Below, piece by piece: positions 11,870 to 20,000 of a DNA stretch of 20,000 nt (position 1 is its first letter; each line of letters begins with the position of its first letter). Both the position numbers and the translations under genes were made by a program. Below the pieces are notes generated by a model. It saw only the letters and a list, made by a program, of their open reading frames with translations. It ran no database searches and had not been told where the DNA came from. Source of the DNA: Lama guanicoe (taxonomy: Eukaryota); the NCBI GenBank assembly GCA_013239625.1, contig MU053792.1, forward strand, positions 52,126-72,125. The letters run 5' to 3'.

Positions 11870-12115
11870 ACTTATTGACTCCACTATTCTCTACATCCAA
11901 ATTAGCCTTTGAGTCTCTTCCTTATTCCCTATTTCAGTAGCTTAAATATTCATTCAAAGCCACCTCCTCAAGTGGATTACCCCAACTGGCTGCCTAATTG
12001 GCCCCCCACTTCTAGTCTTTTCCTACTATTTTTATTAACTCAGGTGAATAATCTGTCAACCAGGAAAAAAAAATCAAGTAAGACAAGATAAAAGTCTCAC
12101 TATGTTTCTCCACTA
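11870..12115 (+). mobile_element. L2 fragment
   Basis: TTCAAAGCCACC...GGATTAC...CCTAATTGGCCCCCCACTTCTAGTCTT resembles the L2 3' region. Confidence 0.45.
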
Positions 12116-12164
12116 CTGAGAATAACTGCGGCCCATGGAATTAAACAAATCTTGAGCTTCCTTC

Positions 12165-12354
12165 ATGAGTGAAGAGATCATCTTACAAGAGGACCACCCT
12201 GACCCAGGCACTCCAGCTGACGCCCTGTGGGTGGACAAGACAGCTACCCAGTTGAATCCATCCTGAATTCCTGACCCATAAGATCATGAGAAAAATAAAT
12301 GTTTAAGTTTCTGAATTTTGGGTAGTTTGTTATGTGGTAGTAGATAACAGAAAA
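12165..12354 (+). mobile_element. MLT1 (ERVL-MaLR) LTR, 3' part
   Basis: CCAGCTGACGCC...CCCAGTTGAATCC..CCTGAATTCCTGACCCATAAGATCATGAG...AATAAATGTTTAAG...TTTTGGGTAGTTTGTTATGTGGTAGTAGATAAC is the typical MLT1 LTR end. Confidence 0.8.
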
Positions 12355-12369
12355 ATTGATCTAACTTTG

Positions 12370-12615
12370 CCTTCTTACCAAAATGCTTTCACCAAATCTA
12401 TCAGTAATCACCCAAACTCCAAGTCATGTATCTTTCTGTTCCCCACCCACTAAACTGTGCAGTAGTTTACACTGTTCATTGCCCTTTCTGTAAATATGAT
12501 CCTGGGGTAGTTTGTACCTTTGATATATTGGTTCTCATTCTTTGTTTTTGGGTCCTCCACCTCTGCTGGTTTCTTCTGTATTGTTTACCCTCAGAATTCT
12601 CTCTTGATGATCCAC
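12370..12615 (+). mobile_element. possible L2 internal fragment
   Basis: Pyrimidine-rich, diverged L2-like text (TGCAGTAGTTTACACTGTTCATTGCCC...CTGCTGGTTTCTTCT). Confidence 0.35.
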
Positions 12616-12623
12616 TGATCTTG

Positions 12624-13315
12624 TGTGGGAGCCCATGATTGGGTTAATAAGTTGTAACAGACGCCAGCCACGTGTGACCTTTAGGAAGAACAAATGTGCT
12701 TTGCTAGCATGTGCCTCTGCATCTGCACTCCTGCCTCCTTGCTGTAAAAAGCAGAGACAATGCCTTGCTTGCATAGTTGGGGTTTTAGTTAAGGGCTGCT
12801 TCCAATGGCAAAGCCATCGTGTATCCATTGCTATAAACTCAGGACACGGCTTGTTTATCATAAGCATAGGTCCATAGTTCAGGGTTTACTCTGTTCATTG
12901 CAAAGCGACGACCCACGCCCTCAGCTATAAACGCTGGACATGCTTCCTGCTGCTTAGATAGTCTGTAACCCCCAAGACTACGGACTGGCTGGTCTGGTGG
13001 TCTGCTTTGTAATTAACATCTTCTGTCTGAAGAGTGTACCTTGTTCCCCTCTCCTCATATCCGTCCTGAAGACCAGTTAAGCCTTTGTACTCATTGTGGA
13101 CTCTATAATCTCTACCTGATCCTGTCTTTCCTTAAGCTCCTACATACCATGACTCAACTGTTGGTGATTTTTCCTCTGATTATACACAATAAATGTGGGA
13201 GCATTTGAGAGGCTCGTGGAGTTGGTCCCGGATTCCTTCTCACTCTCCTGATTTTCCACAGAGTGTCGAGTAATTCATTATGTCCTGGTGGGACTTCGGC
13301 TGGACAGAACCCACA
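12624..13315 (+). mobile_element. solo endogenous retrovirus LTR, probably class II (ERVK/betaretrovirus-like)
   Basis: 692 bp bounded by the perfect inverted termini TGTGGG...CCCACA and flanked by an exact 6-bp TSD ATCTTG (12618-12623 and 13316-13321). AATAAA at 13188-13193; TATAAA motifs at 12832 and 12926. A 6-bp TSD is typical of ERVK. Confidence 0.88.
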
Positions 13316-13869
13316 ATCTTGTTTCTATACAACTGGAACAGAAACTACATGAGATCAGTTCATCAGATGATGCAGTCAGAAAATATATTTCCAGGTTCAA
13401 AAGTAGAAAGTTGACAGTCAATATCCATTTAAAGAATATTCCTGAATGTTAATGTGTATTGTACCAATTTTTCCACTGACATTCTTGTTTTTAATATAAT
13501 TGTAATTTAAATAACAAGTAGAACAATTTTCTCCAATTCCACAACCAAGCTATTTTCATGTTAAACAAAAAATGTAATTGGTAAAATTTTTTCCCCTCCT
13601 GATTTGGCTCTGATGCAAAAAAAAAAGGGGAAATTACATAACATTTCTGTATTTCCTGATAATATCCACTTCTAAATTCTAACAGATTATCCCTATATAT
13701 TGTTGTTGTTATGTTTTCATATTTCTAATTTTATATTTTACTTTTTTATTCAAGATTATAATTCAAATAGTCTCTTGGGCAATTCTTTTTTCACCCCTTG
13801 TAGGAATAATGGATGCTCTTTCTTCCGTATTCCCAAGTACTGTCTCTCAACTGTAGGCATAGCTTTCAT

Positions 13870-13985
13870 TAGGGATAATTAAAAGCGGGAGTACTGAGTC
13901 AAGGCTAAATGGACTCAAATCTTTTCTCTGCCCTTTAGGAGCTCAGTGACGTGGGGCAATTTGCTTAATCTTTTCCTGATACGTA
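13870..13985 (+). mobile_element. MIR SINE fragment
   Basis: TGAGTCAAG...CTCAAATC...TCTGCC.TTTAGGAGCT..GTGACGTGGGGCAATTTGCTTAATCT. Confidence 0.65.
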
Positions 13986-14199
13986 ATGTGCTTAGAGATT
14001 ACAAAAACTTGGTTTTATCCATCTGACACAAAACTGATATTCCAGAAATATCTGTGAAATGTATGAAATTGTTAGCTCTCTAAGACCCTGCTCCAGGGCT
14101 ACTACCTTCATAAAACTTGTCCTTATCTCTCTGGAAACCATTCATTTCTTTTCTAAAACCCTATGGGTCTTTGTTAATCCCGCATATTATTACACGCTC

Positions 14200-14340
14200 C
14201 ATATGTTACAATTACATATATCTGCCTTATATACCTAATTCAGTGGAAACTTCGAGAACACGGACTATGACACTCATTTTTGCATTCTTCAAAGAATCTA
14301 ACATAACGCCTCGCTCATATTGAATGCTGAATGAATTTAT
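14200..14340 (+). mobile_element. L2 3' end fragment
   Basis: GGACTATGAC..TCATTTTTGCATTC...CTAACATAACGCCT...TGCTGAATGAAT. Confidence 0.5.
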
Positions 14341-14564
14341 CACATAAATTAATTAATTTTGACCCAGTGACATTGTTCTTTATGTTATATATTTGCTACT
14401 AATTGACATATTCTGAGTTCTTTATATTTTTCATCTGATTATATTTATAGCCTTCATGAAGCACTTTTAAAATTTACTCTGTTGGTTTTCTTTACTTTGT
14501 TTATTCATTATTTTATGTTATCTCTGCTCACCAAAATATATAAATGACTTGAAATAAGAGTTAA

Positions 14565-15557
14565 GTGAGTTGTCCCCAGGGGCAGCAAGAAGAAAGGATT
14601 AGCCATGTCGCCCTTGATCAGGAAGGTGATCGGCACCGCCAGGGCCCCAGCGGCCATCGGTCCCTACGGTCAGGCTGTGTGAGTCGACAGGACCATTTAC
14701 ATTTCAGGGCAGCTAGGCATGGACCCTGCGAGTGGACAGCTCGTGACAGGAGGGGCGGCAGAAGGAGCTAAACAGGCTCTTTCAAACGTGGGTGAAATTC
14801 CGCAGGCTGCAAGCTGGGACTTCACGAACGTGGTGAAAACAGCTGTTTTGCTGGCTGCCATAAGTGACCTCAGCGCTGTCAGTGACATCTACAGAGAGTC
14901 CTTCAAGAGTGGTTTTCCTGTCTGAGCTGCCTCCCAGGGTGCTGCTTTGCCCAAAGAAGGCCGTGTTGAAATAGAAGAAGGAGCTGTCCAAGGACCTCTC
15001 ATGAGGGCATCACTCTAAGTGGGCTCCGTGTTACTTGCTCTGGAATTTTAATAACGGTTTTCAATTAATGTCTTAATTTTCATAATTGATGTTGGGAAGT
15101 GTAAGGTTGGTTGGCATTTCTCAAGTTATTATGGAAGTACCATATAACAAGGGGGACTGACTTGGATTGAAGATTAATGGTGAACCTAGTTACTTTGTTA
15201 TGTCATACGCATGTATTGTAACACTGGTGTCACTGGCTGTCGGAAGAGAGACACGCAGTGCGTAGTTACTCAGGTAAATAAAAATAAAGGGAAATAACAT
15301 GTAGGAGAGATGAGTCACTATTCCTGAGAAATAATAAAGAGCACACCTAATTCAATTAAACCCTATTTAATGATGTGAAATATTTAGTTCTCATGTTAGA
15401 CATATGATTCTGCTTTTACTTCAACAAAATTTAAGTGTTTAAGTTTGAATGGTAGAGATAAAGGAGAAACTGGACCAAAAGGAGGAGAAAATGGACCAAA
15501 ATTTTATATAGATAGTACTTGTCTAACGGAAATAAAATAGCATACAGATTTAAAAAA
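14565..15557 (+). pseudogene. RIDA: RIDA (HRSP12/UK114, 2-iminobutanoate/2-iminopropanoate deaminase) processed pseudogene
   Basis: The intronless CDS relic 14605-15018 (137 codons + TAA, no frameshift) reads MSPLIRKVIGTARAPAAIGPYGQAV*VDRTIYISGQLGMDPASGQLVTGGAAEGAKQALSNVGEIPQAASWDFTNVVKTAVLLAAISDLSAVSDIYRESFKSGFPV*AASQGAALPKEGRVEIEEGAVQGPLMRASL, colinear with mammalian RIDA. Stops are at 14680-14682 and 14923-14925. Short 5'UTR, about 540 nt 3'UTR, AATAAA at 15531-15536, short A tail, TSD AAGAGTTAA (14556-14564 / 15558-15566). Confidence 0.97.
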
Positions 15558-16347
15558 AAGAGTTAACTATTTTTCTTATAGATATGCCTACATTTAATAT
15601 GAAATCATATCATGTCTCACTGGACTATGAGTTAAATCAATTTAACTCAAGCAAACAACTTGCATTGATTACACGCCCCTAATGCTAAATTCGTATGTAT
15701 TACTAAGTAAATAGCAAGTGTAATAACACTTTTCCTTTAAATTTTTCTTTCAGTATGTTAAACATAGCATTCTACTTTTTCATCTTGGTTTTGTTTTTCG
15801 CAGCAAATTTTTCACTTGGGCTCAGAGGCTCACCTTTGTGCTTTCACTCTTTGCTTGGATGCAGTTGGAGATTCTGTTCTCTGCAGCTGTTGCTCATTAA
15901 GTAAAATCTGCAGTGGAACTTTCTTTCCTTTTCTCCAAATGGGGATGTTTTGATTTGGGCGCTTTGTACAGTCTGAACTAAATGCCTGCCTATTTATGGA
16001 ACTTATATTGGGTGTCACTTTTGGTAATAATGTTAAAAAAAATTAAAGCCTGTTTACAGTTTAATGGATAGAATCAAACTGATTTTTGGAAAAAAATATA
16101 TTTTATGCATATAAATCTATTAATTTGCTCAGAATGTATACATTTACCAAAACAGAATGTATTACCAAATATATGTTAAGTCCGTATTGAGCTTGAGTGC
16201 GGTATGCATGTAAGGATGCATCAGGTATAAACTCTTTCAATGCTTATAAGAAACATCTATTACATGTTTATTTTTATTAGAATTTCAAAAGGTAGCCCAC
16301 ATGGTCTATCTATCAATCTATTAATGTTAAGAAACTACCCAATGATG

Positions 16348-16591
16348 GGATGTGAGGGCCATCTGGCTGCTCCATCTATTGCCCCATTGACCACCAGGGT
16401 TGATTTGGCTGATCTGGCCGTCTAGGCGGGTGTCCCCTTCCTCCCTCACCGCTCCGTGTGTGTCCCTCTCCCAAAGCTGCACACTCGGTTGAAGAGGACC
16501 ACCATCCCTGATAGAGGAGGACCCTTCTTCTCGGGCGGGGGTATATGAGTAGCTGCGATCCCCTGCTGGAACCTTCAAACAAGCTCTCAAG
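16348..16591 (+). pseudogene. RN7SK: 7SK snRNA retropseudogene, 5' intact, truncated at about nt 240 of about 331
   Basis: GGATGTGAGGGCCATCTGGCTG...CTAGGCGGGTGTCCCCTTCCTCCCTCACCGCTCC...GATAGAGGAGGACC...GAGTAGCTGCG...CAAACAAGCTCTCAAG is 7SK. It is flanked by a 19-bp TSD, AAGAAACTACCCAATGATG (16329-16347) / AAGAAACTACCCGATGACG (16589-16607). Confidence 0.97.
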
Positions 16592-16949
16592 AAACTACCC
16601 GATGACGCACAATTAGGAGAAACTCAGACTCCTCTGGTGTGCTCTATTCATGACCCCAGCCTGCATCCCTGGATCCTAACCCCTGGTAGGGAATAGGTCT
16701 GTCGTAGACAGAAGTTTAATTTTTGCTTGTGATGTTGCTGATTCATTAAAACTACATTAAGGTTATCGCATGACCCTAGAATATTGGACAGCCTGGTCTA
16801 TTATCTGTCTTGTGCTGCTATTTTCTTCCCTTTCAAGAAAAGCATTTATCAGAATTTCAAGAAAAAGTCAACATTCTTCCTATAGATGACCTTATGCAAT
16901 CTCAAGGAAAGAAGCAATGTATTACACCTGTGTCGTCCAGTTCTCATTT

Positions 16950-17418
16950 ACGCTGTAGCCATGGTGATGTCTGTCAAACTTATAACTAAACAATGGGAAT
17001 GTTCACACAGCTATTGTGTAGTGATGTTTTTCTATATACTGGCAAGAGTGGGTCAAAATGAAAAAGGTTGTCGACATGCAGATAGCAAACCTTAAGATCC
17101 ATGATCTGCACTTGGTGCTTGACTTGGCATCTGCGCCATTGCTGGTTAACAGGTAGGTTTGTTACAAATCACCTTTAAGGGCTCTCCTGGGCAAGAATGG
17201 CTCTTATATGTCCCTGTAGTTCATAGCTGAAGAAAAATGATGTCTGTGCAACCCATGCTGAAGGACAAGCTATCCTATAAGTAACTTTTCTAGCCTTCAC
17301 CTATGTGTATCTTTTTCCTGCTATTTTTGCCCGGTACGCTTCGCTGCAATAAATCTTAATCATGAATATAACTTTATGTTAAACCATGTAAGTCCTTCTA
17401 ACAAGTCTGTCAAGGCAA
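16950..17418 (+). mobile_element. ERVL-type LTR (MER68/MER77/MER21-like), diverged
   Basis: The 3' end GCTGCAATAAATCTTAATCATGAATATAACTTTATGTTAAACCATGTAAGTCCTTCTAAC matches the recalled MER21/MER68/MER77 LTR end; the left boundary is uncertain. Confidence 0.6.
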
Positions 17419-17779
17419 TAAAATAGTCTCTTATGCATGCATTTTAATTTCTTGTGAATTAGTATTATTCATTTTTCAAGAGATTAAAAAAATAAACATA
17501 CTGGAGAAATATTTATTTTTGTCCTATTAATAGCATGGTAGTTTTCATAGTGCCTTTTTTTTCTTTTTTACTTTGTTTTACTTTTTCCCTAAGTGAATCA
17601 GTCTCTCTTCTCCTGTAACATTTGTCTATAATGAATAAAAATACTTTGAAATGTATATATTTTACCAAAGCTACTTTGAGTCTACTGGTCTCTATGGAAA
17701 AAATGATTCATCAGAACATTAATGGACCGATGTAATACTTTATATATTTTCTCAAAGTATGTACAGGGAGAACAAGACA

Positions 17780-17905
17780 GGCTTAGAGTCTCTCAGCTCA
17801 GAGTTGAACTCCATCTCTGTCTCCTAACTGTGTCATGGAGACAAAATCATCTACGTCAGAAGTTGTTACCATGATTAAATTAGGCCATATATAGAACACT
17901 GGCCA
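17780..17905 (+). mobile_element. MIR SINE fragment
   Basis: GAGTTGAACTCCATCTCTG...TAACTGTGTCATGG...AGTTGTTACCATGATTAAAT. Confidence 0.5.
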
Positions 17906-18154
17906 AAATACAACATGCATGGAGACCGTCAAGACAGAATGCCCATAATATTTAAAAATTAAAAGTCTTAAATAATATGTCTCATGATACTATTGTAAAT
18001 GGATTTTCAAATTCTGCATTTAGTTTTGAAATATTTCCCATTAGTATATATTTTTTTAAAAAGTTGGTTTTAACATATTAACCTGCATCCTATGAACTGA
18101 CTTAATCCACTTATGAAGTCTAGATGTTATAGACGCTTTTTACATGAACAAACC

Positions 18155-18545
18155 ATTAGTACAATGTTTAATAGAAGTGGTGAAATGAGAATCCTTGACT
18201 TGTGTCTGATTTTATAGGGAAAGAGTTCAATATTCCATCATTAAGCATGGTGTTAACTGCAGATTTATCTTAAGATGCCCCTTATTGGATTGAAGAGGTC
18301 CTATCTCATCCCAGTCTGTGCAAAGTTGTTTTCAGGAACAGGTATTGAATTTTGTCAAATGCTTTTTTGCATTTGTTAGGATCATCATAAGGCTTTTCTC
18401 CTTTATTCTTAATTCTTAATAAGGCGAATTGCACTGATTGATTTTTCAGTGTTAATAGAGCTTTTCATTCTTTAGATAGAGACTACTGGAGACAATGTAT
18501 CATCCTTTTTATATATTGCTGCTGCAATTTATGTGCAACTGCTTT
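18155..18545 (-). mobile_element. old L1 ORF2 reverse-transcriptase fragment
   Basis: The reverse complement encodes decayed 'NA.KAFDKIQY.F' (cf. DAEKAFDKIQHPF) and 'SDTSQG...SPLLLNIV' (cf. SGTRQGCPLSPLLFNIV). Confidence 0.85.
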
Positions 18546-18649
18546 TCTTTAGAACAGAGCTACTTCACAGGTATATTTATTTTCTGATAGTCATATGTTG
18601 ATTTCAAAGAAGTGGCACCGTTATCTTTCATGTAGCTCATTAGTTTATT

Positions 18650-18965
18650 TTCTTATCTTTTTCTTTTTTTAATTGAGTTATAGTCAGTTTACAACGTTGT
18701 GTCAGTTTCGGGTGTACAGCACAATTCTTCAGTCATACATGAATATACATGTATTCATTTTCATAGTCTTTTTCACAGCGAGCTACTACAAGATCTTGTA
18801 TATATTTCCCTGTGCTATACAGTATAATCTTGTTTATCTATTCTATATATACCTGTCAGTATCAACAAATCTCAAACTCCCAGTCCATCCCTTCCCATCC
18901 CTCTCCCTGCTGGCAACCACAAGTTTATATTCTATGTCTGTGAATCTATTTCTGTTTTATATATA
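18650..18965 (-). mobile_element. younger L1 3'UTR fragment, strongly 5'-truncated
   Basis: T-rich tail, then AATTGAGTTATAGTCAGTTTACAACGTTGTGTCAGTTTC...TTTCCCTGTGCTATACAG...CTGGCAACCACAAGTTT...TCTATGTCTGTGAATCT; same region class as 1935-2290. Confidence 0.88.
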
Positions 18966-19599
18966 TTTTTCTGCTTAAACCCCACTGGCTGTCTTTACCT
19001 AGGAGATAAATTGGTCTCTATCAGGTAGCTTAAGAACTTCCTTATACATTTGTAGAAAACTTTACTTTGAAATTGCTGACATGAGAAATTAAATTCATTG
19101 CAAGTGCTATCATAGGCCAAATTACAGGTGTGGGATTTATAAAGATACCTATAACTGAGTAATGTCAACTGGTAACATGGATCTTTAAGAGTGATGTTTG
19201 CCTTTTTTCATTAAGATCATGGCTTATTTATGTACTCCGCATTTTTCATTAAAAATACAGATTATTTCTTGCCATCTAAAGTGTAAATAAACATATACAC
19301 TTTATTTCTACATTTTGATCAGTTTATTTGGCAAGCCAAATATCATTAACTACTTCATGAAAAATCCCACCAAAATATTATATTTCTGACCCACAATTTG
19401 CAGCAGAAACCCCCCCCCAGTGAGACAACCAATTATCTGCAGTAACAGGCCCAGGATGTTCATCTGTTATCTATAAACCAGGTTTCTAGGAAGTCAGAGT
19501 ACTATGTGATCAGCTGAGGAAGCCAAAGAATAATTCCTGTAACAATCAGCCCAAATGGCAGACTTGACAACTTGCCTAATTCTCTAGGTATAGAAGAAA

Positions 19600-19888
19600 A
19601 AACACACACACACACACAATGAGAAACAAGAAAATTACCAAGATGAAAAAGCTCACCACCAAAAAAGAACATATGGGAAAGGTAGGAAATCATCCATACA
19701 CAAATTTAGTAGGGAGGTTACAAGACAAAATTAACAAAATCATCTGCATCCATAATAAGCATTTAAGGATACAATTATGTGTAAAATATGATATCAAAAT
19801 CAGTCACCATGAGGGGAGGAAAGTACAAAAGCAGGGTATTTAGATGCATTTAAAATTAAGTGACCACCAATTTGAAACAATCATGTGT

Positions 19889-19926
<38 letters not shown>

Positions 19927-20000
19927 TCTTGTACAAAAACCTCAAGGTAACCACAAAACAAAAACCTGTAATAGGTTACACACACACACACACACACACA
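19600..20000 (+). mobile_element. L1 inter-ORF region fragment, continuing past the window end
   Basis: AAAGGTAGGAAATCATCCATACACAAAT...AAATATGATATCAAAA...GCATTTAAAATTAAGTGACCACCAA...AACCTCAAGGTAACCACAAAACAAAAACCT, typical laurasiatherian L1 sequence between ORF1 and ORF2. Confidence 0.8.
19889..19926. repeat. (GATA)n tetranucleotide microsatellite
   Basis: About 9 perfect ATAG units; a (CA)n tract also starts at about 19978. Confidence 0.95.

Noticed and set aside
12426..12877. ORFs of 70-110 aa at the LTR (e.g. an MMTV sag-like LTR-encoded protein)
   Set aside because: They are short, cross the LTR boundary or start at a non-ATG codon, and show no similarity I can recognise.
14719..14925. 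68-aa RIDA-like ORF as a functional CDS
   Set aside because: It is only the interval between two premature stops of a processed pseudogene and lacks the N-terminus and the catalytic Arg.
16348..16591. Functional 7SK gene
   Set aside because: It is 3'-truncated, carries many substitutions, is flanked by a TSD, and has no oligo-T terminator.
18673..18978. 101-aa hydrophobic ORF
   Set aside because: Antisense reading of an L1 3'UTR.
1..20000. CRISPR array, operon or other prokaryotic system
   Set aside because: The sequence is mammalian and repeat-rich; there is no repeat-spacer array or dense gene structure.

Overview
AT-rich mammalian DNA. The L1 3' ends look cetartiodactyl, possibly camelid; this is an inference, and I recognised no Alu, B1, BovB or PRE1 elements. 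No intact protein-coding gene can be supported. Most of the window is transposable-element relics (L1 of several ages, a HAL1-like element, L2, MIR, MER5/MER58, MLT1, an ERVL-type LTR) plus microsatellites. Three insertions have clear boundaries: (1) a full-length RIDA (HRSP12/UK114) processed pseudogene, 14565-15557, with two in-frame stops, a polyA signal and a target-site duplication (TSD); (2) a 3'-truncated, tailless 7SK retrocopy, 16348-16591, with a 19-bp TSD; (3) a solo class-II-like (ERVK) LTR, 12624-13315, with a perfect 6-bp TSD. Two observations stand out. The RIDA copy appears to have decayed mostly AT->GC, opposite to normal neutral decay. Several repeat-free islands carry plus-strand splice signals and broken, weakly WD40-like frames that may be a decayed multi-exon gene, which I could not identify. 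Repeat family names come from recalled consensus sequences and their boundaries are approximate.
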